Positions 12,292 to 25,748 of a stretch of 64,000 nt of DNA are shown in pieces. The translations under genes and the position numbers were made by a program. Below the pieces are notes generated by a model, which worked only from the letters and a program-made list of their open reading frames with translations, was not told the origin of the DNA and did no database searches. This DNA comes from Lepidodermella squamata (lineage: Eukaryota; Animalia; Gastrotricha). The stretch is taken from NCBI GenBank assembly GCA_047495785.1, contig JBLDXI010000009.1:186001-250000 (forward strand), read 5' to 3'. Positions within the stretch are counted from its first letter, which is position 1. Every line of letters starts with the position of its first letter.

Positions 12292-13328
12292 GAAATTACT
12301 TTAATGTTTAAATTTAAACTAGAGCCCATCGTGAAACAAACAATCATTTTCTATGTTCAAGTCGTCGGGTTGCGTTTGAAAGGAGCACATTCTATTTTAT
12401 TGTTCATGAATAATGATAATGGGCGGCCTCTCTCAACGCAACGCGACGAAGTACGAGATACGACCACAGACCACATAGCCAGCTGGAAAACTCACTTGGT
12501 TCGCAGCCAACTTCGTTAAAAAAAGCTTCGTGATAACGGGGCATGTGGCTACCCTTGGAATTATTATTCCTCACATTATTTTATATTTATTTTAATAATA
12601 TTTTCGAAAACAATATTTGTTGGCATGAAATGGCACCATAATTGTAGGTAAGTGATATTTTTCAATCTTTCGTAAATCGACAAGGTTGACAAACAAGTTT
12701 CGAATTTTTTTTCGAAACTGTCATATTCATTTCTATCGAAGATAAGTCCGGTCCCACCATGAATCTTCCTCCCTCCTCCTGCCGCCTTCTGCCTGATAAC
12801 CCCAGTCATGCACTTCTCGGTCAGTTGATAGATAATAGTTATACCCAAGTGCTCAACATTTCACTCTGCTCGGTTACAGTATACCTCGATATATCTAACC
12901 CCTGACCCCTGATCCCGCCACCGTGCACTCGTCATGCGTCATGTTTGCATTCCGTCGTAATAGTTGCACACCCCGCATTGAATTTTCGGTAACAAGCGCT
13001 CTTATCTCCACACTGCTAAATGGGCTGAGATGGCGTCGCAGGGTTTAATTTTTCATCCACCAATCAGGATTCTAAATTCATTTTACCGCGATCACTTTAT
13101 TATTGCGATGAAATTTGCCATTTCACTCATGAATTTTGTTAGAATTCATTTTCATTCGGTTCTTCTTACCGTCGCGCGAAGTTGAGTGTCGTCTTTTTGA
13201 TCGATATTACTTCTGAGAAGATGTCAGTTTTTATGGCGGTAGTTGTATTATGTCTGCTTACCATCAATATTTTCACGTAGGTTAACTTTTTCAATGCTAA
13301 TGTCGGCAATTTATCGATAACGTGAGCT
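12292..13328. promoter_or_regulatory. Divergent PDCD4/CCDC186 intergenic region (candidate bidirectional promoter; copy at 20486-21522)
   Basis: Head-to-head ATGs about 1 kb apart; CCAAT near 13060. Function inferred from position only. Confidence 0.4.
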
Positions 13329-15352
13329 ATGTTATCACTAGCCGATGGAGTTGCGGATGATACCTTCCATCAAGATGCAAACGGCGAGTTTCTACCTACG
13401 AGAGAAAGTGTTTCTCCGGCACCTGACATCGATGAAGAAGAAATTACCCTCAAAACTCCGAGAATGAAACTGTTATCTGAGATTGCTTTTAGAGCAATCA
13501 CGTTTGAGCGGCTCAAAAATTATTTTGCGGCCGATGCGATTCACCAATCAGAGAAAAATGACGAGCTTGCAAGGTCAGTTTGTATTCTTTGAGTTATAGA
13601 AGTCTCATCGCGGCTATCGTTAGGCTTCGAGGAATTACGCTATCATTGGAAGAAAAGATTTCTCAGCTTAATCAAGAAAAGTCTGTTCTTGAAGACTCGC
13701 TGCAGAGGAAAACAAAAGAGGTATGTATAAAAATAGAATGGAATAAATGTATAACGCGCCGAATCGCAGTTGGAAGATGAAAAACAAACTCACAAATCCG
13801 ATCTGACCCTTGCTGAAGAAAAGCTGAAGAAACACGATGAGGCTGCGAAGCGTGCGATAACCTCATACCAGCAAGATGTCAACAACAAACTTGTTGAGGT
13901 GAAGCTTGTGCCGAGTGCTTCTATGGTATGACTTTACTTTTTTTTCATCAGGCTGCGAAGCAAATCGAAGATATTCGGAAGGAAAGAGAAAACGCAGTTA
14001 TGAGATTTGCCCAAGCAGAGCAGCAAGTTATCGATTCGAGAACAGCTGCGGAAAAGTATGAAGCGCAGTGCAAACTTGTCGTAAGAGAGAAAGACCTTCT
14101 AATGGAGAGAATGAAGACGCTGACGGACGAGAGAAAAAAGCTGCAATCTTTCATCGATCAGAAAGTTGGTTTGGTTTAACGTTTATTCAACAAATTTCTT
14201 CAAAAGCAATAGCATCCAAGAAAAGGCAGCTTGGAAATTTTATTAAATTCGCTTATTTTCCATCGAATGTACCAAAATGCTGATTTGAGCGATTTATTTT
14301 CTAGACTCTGGAGGTCGTTGCATTACAAAAGGAGCTAAGAGAGTCTAAAGAATCCAGCAAAGAATCTGATATTAGGCTAAAAGCCGTTTTAGCGAAGGCA
14401 AAAACCGATCAGGACACTATTCAAGATCTAAGAATGAGGCTGGAGCGTACTCAGCAAATGCTCATCGAAGTGAAAACCGAACTTGAACATACCAAACAAG
14501 ATCTGAATGACAAAGAGCAGAAGCACAAGAGCGACAAAGAGCAAAGCGAATTGCAACGCCAGCAGGAAAATTTTCAACAGCGAATGGAACTGGCAGAGGT
14601 TTGACGCGGCTGATTTAATATTTTGTTTTGATTATCGACTTGAAAATTATAAAGATCAACGAACGTTTGCGATTCGAGTTGGACAGCTTGAAGCAAAAGC
14701 ACAGGGACGCACTGGAAGAAAATATAACGCTCAAAGACAGAGTCACTTGTCTCGACTCTGAGCTCAAGCTTTGCGAGCAAAGTTTGGATTCGTAAGTGAA
14801 CATTATATTTCATTAACCTCGTCTCATATACTTTCCTACAGTGTCCGGTCAGAAATTGCCGCCTTCAAAGACGAAGCTGTAAGTGCTAAAGAGGATGCGG
14901 CTGCTGCCCAGGAAAGAGGTAAATTTCGTGTAATAAATTAACTTGGTTCAAAATTTTTTACTTTGACCAAAAGCTGCTGAATTGGTTAATCATAATGAGC
15001 AACTGTCATTGTTTCGGTCGCAAATCCAAGCAGAAACCAGTGGTCTGCGTGAAAATTTGGCTGATCTTCAACGAGACTTTTCCAATCTCACTGTCGAAAA
15101 TAATTCTTTGAAAAGTGAAACTGCTAACCTCATGGCTCAGGTGAGAAATTCTAATACCAAAAGATGATCAGATCTTATCAGATACTTTAGCTGGCTGAGG
15201 AACGGAGAGTAGCTGAAACCACTATCGAAAACTTGAAAGGCGAGCTGACCACGGTGAAACAAGCGGCACAAGACTTCGAGAAACGTTTCCTTATAGGAAC
15301 GTTATGCCGGTGGCAGCCTGACGTTTTTTCATCAACCGCTGCCGTATGGTGA
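13329..15352 (+). CDS. CCDC186: 5' portion of CCDC186 truncated at the duplication junction (potential fusion to the CFAP221 3' exons, ending 15948)
   Basis: Identical to 21523-23484 up to the junction. Read-through gives ...FEKRF-LIGTLCRWQPDVFSSTAAVW* (TGA 15350-52). Confidence 0.85.
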
Positions 15353-15948
15353 AAGCGAGCAGGACGCTCAGTTCTGTCCCACTGCCCGCTATTCAGCTGT
15401 GAACAACCGATTCAAGGGACCCTCAAATGTACTTCACGAGAGGGTAAGGATATATTTCTTTATAAATCCATACGTGATTATAAAATAATTCTCTGGCAGG
15501 ATGTTATCAAGGGAATGATGTCCTGGCGCAATTTGCCCGCTGCTGGCCCTTTAGCTACATCTGCTTTACCGTGCTCGACTCAACTGCTTGCTCTTCGCTT
15601 CGCCGATAGCGTCGAACCTAATGATCTGCTTCCAGCACCCCCACCGGTTCTGCTCAGGCGAGCTCCCGACTCAGATAAGGATTTCGCCGGGGATTTGTTT
15701 GTTATCAGCTTCCTCTATGTTTTTGGCTTCATTTTGATTTTATATTCAAGGGATGGAATTTCCGGTAATGTGGTCGAATTAAGTCCCGACGCTGTTGCAG
15801 CCAAGTTTGAGCTGCTCAAAGTACAGCAAAACAAACCATTGGTTGACAGGTAAGAATAATTTCAAAATAGCAAATAAATTTCTGTCGAATGGGGTGAATG
15901 CATCGCTGCAGAAAGCTCAAAACCTTACATTGCGTCCCATATCATTAG
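15297..15948 (+). pseudogene. CFAP221: Duplicated promoterless 3' exons of CFAP221
   Basis: Copy of 7103-7754 that retains the TTATAG acceptor at 15291-96. Confidence 0.85.
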
Positions 15949-16102
15949 CGTCACACCGAAAGGGCAGCTTATGAATGAAATGGCTCACACATGGGAAAAC
16001 CTGGGTCGATTTATAAGGAAGACCTAGAGAATAAGACCTAGGTACTACAAACTACAACCAACAGCCAACATGATTCACGAGCTTATGTGGTCACTTGAGT
16101 TT

Positions 16103-16604
16103 TCATCTTTTTGACGTGAAGCTAACGATAAGAAATATCACCGCAGAAAAAAATAAAGAAGATAGACACGAAACTCTGACCTCTGAACCACATCTGAGCC
16201 GTTCCAAATAAAAATACGATAATGGATAGAATTAAGACCATAGAAATGCTAACAAGAGATAAAAATCCGAAATGCTTGAATCACGTAAAATCACCGAATA
16301 GGGTTTATTGATAGATTGGGATTCGTTTGGGCTGTCAGAACCAAATTCATCCCCTAAATACGCATTCACCTTGAAATGCGAAGACAGAATGAGCGACCGA
16401 AATGTTTTCGCAGTGTAGTACCTAAGTGCCAAAAAAGTTCCCGCATTCACTCCTTTTGACAATGGCAGAGACTGATAGTGTTAGAAATAGGGTAATGATT
16501 TTATTGCTAATAACGATATTTACATGTCTAATGAATTTTTCTAAAGCGATGTGCAAGGTAAGACGCATCCACCGTTCAGTTCGCTGCCGGATATTTGAGT
16601 TCAT
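16103..16604 (-). CDS. Candidate spliced small ORF (114 aa), copy 2
   Basis: Copy of 7909-8410 at +8194. Confidence 0.4.
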
Positions 16605-17358
16605 CTTTCATGACTAATTTCTCTGTTGCTATCATGATCATTTATGTTCAAAGATACTAGTTGCGAATCGGGTATGACGCTTCAAAATTAAGCTCGCGGT
16701 TCTTCTCACAATTGATAAAACGCCACTTATGATAAAAAAAAATGTGATCAATATTGTTGATTCCAGTCCATTCAGTCAAATGAAGCAGTTACTGCGCGTT
16801 GTGTAATGGTGCTCACTGAACCATCACTGAACAATTTCACGCCTTCAAATTTTGCATTCTCCATTTGCCATTATTTGATCAATGATCTGTTTATAATTAC
16901 CTATTAACAGGGCAGCAGCAGGCTCTAAAGGCCGAAAAATCCAACCTGAAGCAACGAAACAAGCAAGGGATCAAAATAAAAAGTAATTTGCATTTTTATT
17001 GTCTTTGAGATGTGAGGAAGCTCTAACTCTTCTCTAGATCGGAGCGAGACACGACACTAGCAGAGGAATCAAATCGACCAATTTTTAAAGCCTCAAACAG
17101 AGCTGCACTTTACATCAACTCCTAATGTAGCTCTAACGTTCTAACGAAGATAACCTACCTTGTAATTACGTTATTATATTTTTGCCACATGTTTTTTCAA
17201 GTCAAAGGAATTATTCTGATATCAAAATAAAGTTTGCTATGTAATCAATGTTTCTAATTATTGTTGAGGACTGGATGCAGACACATTGTTTTTTAAGGCA
17301 CGGGGCTTCGATTTCGGAAACATCACGGGGCACCTGGATAGCATGCAATAGGTACCTA

Positions 17359-17805
17359 CCGTATTTTACGAATTATAAGACCCTGCCCTGTATTTTTTTC
17401 AAACGAGGTTCAAGTCCTGCCCTGTATTTAGGGTCTGCCCTTTAATTCGGCTCTGCCCTATAATTTTTCGAACCTAATCAGTCACCTGAAAAGTACCTAT
17501 ATCAACAGTTAAAACCGCCGAATAACCCCTATAGCTACTGCCTTCCACCTGTGACTACACGCGTGAAGTGTGTACTCATGTAGATTAAGGTGGATAAAGG
17601 ACGATTAGTGCACTTACTGACGAAAAATCGCAACCTATCCAACTTTAACCACTTACGCAGCAGGCGCTCATGTAAGCCACTTCATACAAGGCCCTGCCTA
17701 TTAATAAGGTTCTGCCCTTTATTATTTCAAATGACCATTACCCTCTGCCCTTTATTCCGGTTCTGCCCTATAATTGGGTCCTGCCTAATAATTCGTAAAA
17801 TACGG
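17359..17805. mobile_element. Tc1/mariner-pogo-type MITE, copy 2
   Basis: Copy of 9165-9611 at +8194. Confidence 0.85.
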
Positions 17806-18658
17806 TATATAATATCCCACGGTTTATTCAGATGGCTATATCGGCTATACCACCTGATACATGAGAAGGCTGCGGTTTGCGGTTTTGACTTTAATAGCGA
17901 AAGATCCAATTCAAACAATAGAGGGCAGGTCTCATTTGTAAGGCTTGACGTCAATAGCAATGAAATAAGGCAGTGCCTTCTAACTTCTAGTTCGGAATTT
18001 ACGGTAGGCCTGTTCAACATGTACCTCTTCACGGGGTGCGTCTCATTTATTTAGCAATACCTTCTTTGCTTTCATAATAAAGCATTATATCAGGCTACGA
18101 ACCAACCACCGGACGTTGGGGGCTGAGTATCCTGTGTCGTCCATGTGAAGCAAGGTTAGAGGTCTATTGATTCACGTTCCATGAGACCTGAGATCGCCTG
18201 TAAAATTTGTCTTTTGCGAAAATTTCAAATATAAATAAAGCTGTTGCTTAGAGTGAATCGGCTGGCTTAGAGCTGGGTAGTTGGAGGCCATGGGCACTTG
18301 TTCCGTACGCCAGAGCGCAAATGCGAAAACGGGCTCATGTTGAGCCGCCAACGGATTGAAAGAGAGAAAGAATGCAAAGTGAGTAAAGATCTTTATTTCG
18401 TCAAAGTAACTTTATAACAATGAATCTTGCCTATTTTGACTCAATAGATGCCGGAGCTTCGCGTTATGCACGAGACATTAAAAGAACAAGGAAGATGTGC
18501 CTCGTCTCATCCTCACACGGGATAAGATACTTTATCACTAGCTTTTATACAGTAACAGTAAACTATGTGTCCATTTCGAAGAGTTCATCATGATTAAATG
18601 CGCGAATTTAACCGAGTTCTTCTGGAAAAAACTGTCAAACAGTTTGTACCATGGCAGT

Positions 18659-20485
18659 TCAATTCTTTAGAGCGCCTCCATCACCTTCGGAACAGAACCT
18701 TTTGCGCCCTTTCAAAGGCAGCGAGTCGAAAATTTCTAGAATGACACGAGTTTATAGTAATAAATCGAGCAACAACTGACTTACCACTCTTGTGTATGTT
18801 TAGATCAACGGCTTTCTGGGCGAATTTTTCGATCCAAAACTGGGCTAGCGGCATGTCAATTAGAATGTCATCAGAATCTAACCATAAACACGGTTACTCG
18901 GTCGTGAAAAACATGATACTAAAACGAACCGGCATCGATGCGGCGATAAGCTTGCGCAATCTGGCGTTGCGTGATCACTCCCTCTGCTGTAAGCTTCGAA
19001 ATGAGCTTCAAAAAAGCGTCGAGAGCTGTGTCTCTATTTTCGTTAATCAACATGATTAATAACTCGTACACGAGTTCATGGTGGAAATGCGGAACATCCA
19101 TTGCTTTAAGCTGTTTAATGAACTCATCGCAGTCTCCGGCAGCGAGATATTCGCGCAGGATAGCTTCTAACTCGTGGGTCAGGAGCACAACGGGCCGCGG
19201 GCAATATGATGCACCCGAGCCACTGTCGTAACGGCCACGAGAGCTGCGGGGAGACGCTCCAGCCCCTGTGTTGGAATCATTCGATGACTCAGCATGCCTG
19301 TGTGCGTCGTCATTAGATTCACTGCAGTGTCGAGCGGTTGAAATCCATATGCCGTCTAGTCTGAAAACCATGCGACGGTCGGATAGCAGACCATGCGCAA
19401 CTTTTGCGGCATCGCCGGCTAAGCCCGAATTGTCTGTCTCCAGCAAGTTTTTGACAAATGATTCGGGCAAACATTTGTCTGCGACTGCGCGGGCCATAAA
19501 GCGACCAATCGTTTCCACAGCATCGGGGTTGTCGACAGCCAGGTCTGTAAGGTCGCGCAAAATGGCACTGAACCCAGCCGAAACTAGCTCTGGCACTAGA
19601 ATACCAGCAGCGCATGTATCTGCTAATAGAGCGCTAACTAGTTCACGATGAGCTGGACGATGCTCTAATACAAAACATCATGTTATATGCCCATGCCGTA
19701 AATCTCGATAATAATACCTAGTGCCATCGTCAAGGCCATGGAGACAATACCGTGAATATAATTTTCAAAATCCCGAGTGTTTTCCAATTCACGCAGCTCT
19801 TCCTAAATTTCGAACGCAGTAATTATTAACGAATTCCAAAGTTTCAAAATATGCAATCTTACTGCAACTTCGTTTACATCGCCAGTTTGAAAATATTCGT
19901 TGAGAATATTTTTAACTTCCCGGCGGAAGTCCTCCTCTGATACCACGCGTGGCTCGTCGATAAAACTATCATCCTAAAAGACGACAATCGGCATTAGAAC
20001 TCAGCACCAGCACTAATTGAGAAAGGTAGTACCTGTGCTTCTGAATCGTAATTCGGGTCGCTTTCGTCTAGAGCTGCGCTCGTAGCATAAAGCTCACATC
20101 CCGCCTGGAATAAAGTAGATGAATAATCTTCTTCATAAACAAACTGGTCACACTTGCCTTTCCCCAAACTGTCTTAGATCCTGCGCCACCCTTTTTCGGA
20201 TTTCCTAGCAAATTAGTGAAATTTCCTGCGTAAAAACAGGTCAGCTATTATCAAATGTTCGCCCAAAATACCTTTATTCTTCCCCAGTGGTTTGCGTGAG
20301 CGTCTCGAATTTTTCGTCAGCAATCTTTTGGCAACAATATTTTCGGGTTTATTAGCTGCCGCTCGTGCGCTGTTTGACGAAGGTCCGACGATACGCAAGC
20401 CATTGTCGGCATCAAGCTGAGAGATAAGAGCTTCGGTCGATAATTGCGAGATATCTTGTTTTTCACTTTCTTCCATAGCTGACAT
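18659..20485 (-). CDS. PDCD4: PDCD4, copy 2 (complete)
   Basis: Same exon ORFs as copy 1 at +8194. Confidence 0.95.
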
Positions 20486-21522
20486 GAAATTACTTTAATG
20501 TTTAAATTTAAACTAGAGCCCATCGTGAAACAAACAATCATTTTCTATGTTCAAGTCGTCGGGTTGCGTTTGAAAGGAGCACATTCTATTTTATTGTTCA
20601 TGAATAATGATAATGGGCGGCCTCTCTCAACGCAACGCGACGAAGTACGAGATACGACCACAGACCACATAGCCAGCTGGAAAACTCACTTGGTTCGCAG
20701 CCAACTTCGTTAAAAAAAGCTTCGTGATAACGGGGCATGTGGCTACCCTTGGAATTATTATTCCTCACATTATTTTATATTTATTTTAATAATATTTTCG
20801 AAAACAATATTTGTTGGCATGAAATGGCACCATAATTGTAGGTAAGTGATATTTTTCAATCTTTCGTAAATCGACAAGGTTGACAAACAAGTTTCGAATT
20901 TTTTTTCGAAACTGTCATATTCATTTCTATCGAAGATAAGTCCGGTCCCACCATGAATCTTCCTCCCTCCTCCTGCCGCCTTCTGCCTGATAACCCCAGT
21001 CATGCACTTCTCGGTCAGTTGATAGATAATAGTTATACCCAAGTGCTCAACATTTCACTCTGCTCGGTTACAGTATACCTCGATATATCTAACCCCTGAC
21101 CCCTGATCCCGCCACCGTGCACTCGTCATGCGTCATGTTTGCATTCCGTCGTAATAGTTGCACACCCCGCATTGAATTTTCGGTAACAAGCGCTCTTATC
21201 TCCACACTGCTAAATGGGCTGAGATGGCGTCGCAGGGTTTAATTTTTCATCCACCAATCAGGATTCTAAATTCATTTTACCGCGATCACTTTATTATTGC
21301 GATGAAATTTGCCATTTCACTCATGAATTTTGTTAGAATTCATTTTCATTCGGTTCTTCTTACCGTCGCGCGAAGTTGAGTGTCGTCTTTTTGATCGATA
21401 TTACTTCTGAGAAGATGTCAGTTTTTATGGCGGTAGTTGTATTATGTCTGCTTACCATCAATATTTTCACGTAGGTTAACTTTTTCAATGCTAATGTCGG
21501 CAATTTATCGATAACGTGAGCT

Positions 21523-24500
21523 ATGTTATCACTAGCCGATGGAGTTGCGGATGATACCTTCCATCAAGATGCAAACGGCGAGTTTCTACCTACGAGAGAA
21601 AGTGTTTCTCCGGCACCTGACATCGATGAAGAAGAAATTACCCTCAAAACTCCGAGAATGAAACTGTTATCTGAGATTGCTTTTAGAGCAATCACGTTTG
21701 AGCGGCTCAAAAATTATTTTGCGGCCGATGCGATTCACCAATCAGAGAAAAATGACGAGCTTGCAAGGTCAGTTTGTATTCTTTGAGTTATAGAAGTCTC
21801 ATCGCGGCTATCGTTAGGCTTCGAGGAATTACGCTATCATTGGAAGAAAAGATTTCTCAGCTTAATCAAGAAAAGTCTGTTCTTGAAGACTCGCTGCAGA
21901 GGAAAACAAAAGAGGTATGTATAAAAATAGAATGGAATAAATGTATAACGCGCCGAATCGCAGTTGGAAGATGAAAAACAAACTCACAAATCCGATCTGA
22001 CCCTTGCTGAAGAAAAGCTGAAGAAACACGATGAGGCTGCGAAGCGTGCGATAACCTCATACCAGCAAGATGTCAACAACAAACTTGTTGAGGTGAAGCT
22101 TGTGCCGAGTGCTTCTATGGTATGACTTTACTTTTTTTTCATCAGGCTGCGAAGCAAATCGAAGATATTCGGAAGGAAAGAGAAAACGCAGTTATGAGAT
22201 TTGCCCAAGCAGAGCAGCAAGTTATCGATTCGAGAACAGCTGCGGAAAAGTATGAAGCGCAGTGCAAACTTGTCGTAAGAGAGAAAGACCTTCTAATGGA
22301 GAGAATGAAGACGCTGACGGACGAGAGAAAAAAGCTGCAATCTTTCATCGATCAGAAAGTTGGTTTGGTTTAACGTTTATTCAACAAATTTCTTCAAAAG
22401 CAATAGCATCCAAGAAAAGGCAGCTTGGAAATTTTATTAAATTCGCTTATTTTCCATCGAATGTACCAAAATGCTGATTTGAGCGATTTATTTTCTAGAC
22501 TCTGGAGGTCGTTGCATTACAAAAGGAGCTAAGAGAGTCTAAAGAATCCAGCAAAGAATCTGATATTAGGCTAAAAGCCGTTTTAGCGAAGGCAAAAACC
22601 GATCAGGACACTATTCAAGATCTAAGAATGAGGCTGGAGCGTACTCAGCAAATGCTCATCGAAGTGAAAACCGAACTTGAACATACCAAACAAGATCTGA
22701 ATGACAAAGAGCAGAAGCACAAGAGCGACAAAGAGCAAAGCGAATTGCAACGCCAGCAGGAAAATTTTCAACAGCGAATGGAACTGGCAGAGGTTTGACG
22801 CGGCTGATTTAATATTTTGTTTTGATTATCGACTTGAAAATTATAAAGATCAACGAACGTTTGCGATTCGAGTTGGACAGCTTGAAGCAAAAGCACAGGG
22901 ACGCACTGGAAGAAAATATAACGCTCAAAGACAGAGTCACTTGTCTCGACTCTGAGCTCAAGCTTTGCGAGCAAAGTTTGGATTCGTAAGTGAACATTAT
23001 ATTTCATTAACCTCGTCTCATATACTTTCCTACAGTGTCCGGTCAGAAATTGCCGCCTTCAAAGACGAAGCTGTAAGTGCTAAAGAGGATGCGGCTGCTG
23101 CCCAGGAAAGAGGTAAATTTCGTGTAATAAATTAACTTGGTTCAAAATTTTTTACTTTGACCAAAAGCTGCTGAATTGGTTAATCATAATGAGCAACTGT
23201 CATTGTTTCGGTCGCAAATCCAAGCAGAAACCAGTGGTCTGCGTGAAAATTTGGCTGATCTTCAACGAGACTTTTCCAATCTCACTGTCGAAAATAATTC
23301 TTTGAAAAGTGAAACTGCTAACCTCATGGCTCAGGTGAGAAATTCTAATACCAAAAGATGATCAGATCTTATCAGATACTTTAGCTGGCTGAGGAACGGA
23401 GAGTAGCTGAAACCACTATCGAAAACTTGAAAGGCGAGCTGACCACGGTGAAACAAGCGGCACAAGACTTCGAGAAACGTTTCCAAGAGCAGGAATCAAT
23501 GTTGATAAGTGCGCGAAGAAAGCATCTTCGGGAAGTCAAGGAGCTACAACGGCAGCTGCGTGGGCAACAAGGTCACGTGGCTGTTAGTGAACAGCCTCAT
23601 CTTGACGTCAACTCGAACACTCGCGGGGTATGTCAACATTACAGAATTTTTGGCCGTAGATTGATCAGTTAAGATCCATTACTTGGCTTATAATGGCATT
23701 GCTCTTTAAAAGACGTGAAGACGTGAAAATTTGAAAATTGCACCAACGCGTCGGAAGCCGCATAAAATTTCGGCACGAATTCTAGCATTCATGCGCCACA
23801 TGGATGAAAATTAGAAAAAGAGCCTTCGATATACATATTTCTCCTATATATATATATATATTTCAGCTCTCACGGGCGAGTTCGAACAACTCCATACAGG
23901 ATCAATCAAATCACTCGTCTGCAAATACGTCGTCAGTGAAAAACGGCGAGTTACCTCAATCGCACCAGTTTTCCTCGAACTCAGCCGATGTAAGTGGCGT
24001 GACTATCATTCCCTTGAAATCGTTATATAAATGTTTGTTGATGTATCGAAGGACTATGTAATAGTTGGTGGTGGTTACCAAGAAGCAGCCAGCAGGCAAC
24101 AAGTCATTGAGAAAATAGTCGGACTTCAAAGAGCCCTTGCTAAGAAGTCGGAGCGCTTGGACTTCCTCAACGAACAAGTGCGATGTTTGACCGACGAAGT
24201 TCAAAAGAAATCAAAAATAATCCAAAGCTTGGCTACTCGCGAAACTGGTGAGACGGGTGCTCTCGGCAACGATACGATAGACCGGCATAAGGTAACAATT
24301 AATTGTCCGAATATTTCAATTCTTGAAATCTTTTTCTCACTGAAGGCGACGATGGCAAAAAAACATGGAATTATGGCCAGTGTTTTATCCTCTGAACTTC
24401 ACGATGGGCGGATGACGCTAGATTTATCTCTGGAGATAACGCGGAAATTGCAAGAAGTGCTTGAGGAAACTTTGCTGAAGAATATCATGTTGAAAGAATC

Positions 24501-24672
24501 ACTTGATACGCTTGGTCATGAAATCAGTCATCTATCTAAAGTTTGCATTCAAAATGTTTAATCTCTATTGCTTACATACCGAAATTTCCAATTTCAGGAA
24601 AATCGGGATCTGAAGCTCACGTTGAAAGGTGTCTTTGAGAAAGAGCTTTCAAATGCTGCCACCAGGAAATGA
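21523..24672 (+). CDS. CCDC186: Coiled-coil domain-containing protein 186 (CCCP-1; dense-core vesicle trafficking), complete copy
   Basis: ERENAVMRFAQAE, IEKIVGLQRALAKKSERLDFLNEQVRCLTDEVQKKSKIIQ and MTLDLSLEITRKLQEVLEETLLKNIMLKESLDTLGHEI match the recalled CCDC186 C-terminus. Canonical short introns; stop TGA 24670-72. Confidence 0.9.
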
Positions 24673-25748
24673 TCTGGAATCACTCAGCATTACTACTGCA
24701 CATATTCGACTGATTATATAGCCTTTTTCAAATTGCAAGATTCGACCGATAGGGTGCTGTGATCCTAGCTGAAAACTGTAGTGAAAGGCATCTTTTTACG
24801 ACTGTCGGCTTGCCTCGAGTGCTTGCGTCTTTTCAGCCTAGTCCTCATAGCGTGGCGCGACATTTCTCACGGTGTTGCATCAAAGAAGAACGAATAGCTT
24901 CTAAAACCTTCGAATGACATTGCGTTATTTGGTGAAAAATTTGTTCAACAGAGAAAAACGCGAACGTCAGATTCAATCATTTCACGGGAAACTGACGCAT
25001 TTTCCGTCAAGTGCTGCTCACTGGTTGTAAAGTTTGGTTATTGTTTCAGAATTATTATGCTGTCTTGTGCATTGCATATTATATAATATTAAACTATTCC
25101 ACGACAAATTATTGTGTATCCTGGATTCTGGATTATCAAAAGACCTGATGAAAAGTTGTTTTATAGCCGATATTTAAATAAATTAAAGTCGGAGCATTTT
25201 GCTATTACGGCCTGTCTTGATTTTTAAATGATTAATAGTTGATGTATATGTTCAACACTTTTCCACTTGTTTTTTTTACTTGTGTTACACTGTGTATTCG
25301 ACAGTTGAACTATGCACAACATTTTCACCATCAAGAAACTTGAACATCTGCAGCGTGGATACAATTTACAACTGCAAGGCGGAAGAGACAAAAATACGCT
25401 AAAAGAAATGATATTTTCGGAAGATTACTGGCTAACGATAAACACTAAAAATCACAATAATCGAAATTTCGGGTTGAATCAAGGTGACGCGGTTTGGCAT
25501 CTCGTCATAAGAGCAAATATGTGCGGTCATCTAGGACGACATAATAAAGACGTAGAGAGCCAACACTTTGTGCAGAGTATTAATGAGAACCAAGCGAAGC
25601 CACAAGGTTACCAAAACTAAATAAGTGAACTACGTTAAGGCGGGCGATTGCCAGTGTCCTGTATCATAACTTGGATTCGCCATAATTCCGGTATGTTTTT
25701 CCACCGTATAACTCAACTATGATAAGGAACAGCCAGCTTTACCATTAT

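Larger units (their letters stand above)
7097..23484. repeat. Tandem segmental duplication, 2 x 8,194 bp
   Basis: 7097-15290 is repeated at 15291-23484 and every ORF recurs at +8194. 3-bp microhomology TCC at 7094-96, 15288-90 and 23482-84. One substitution seen (C11820 vs T20014). Confidence 0.97.

Noticed and set aside
12874-12897. TACAGTATACCTCGATATA, Tigger-like TIR
   Set aside because: No partner end found.
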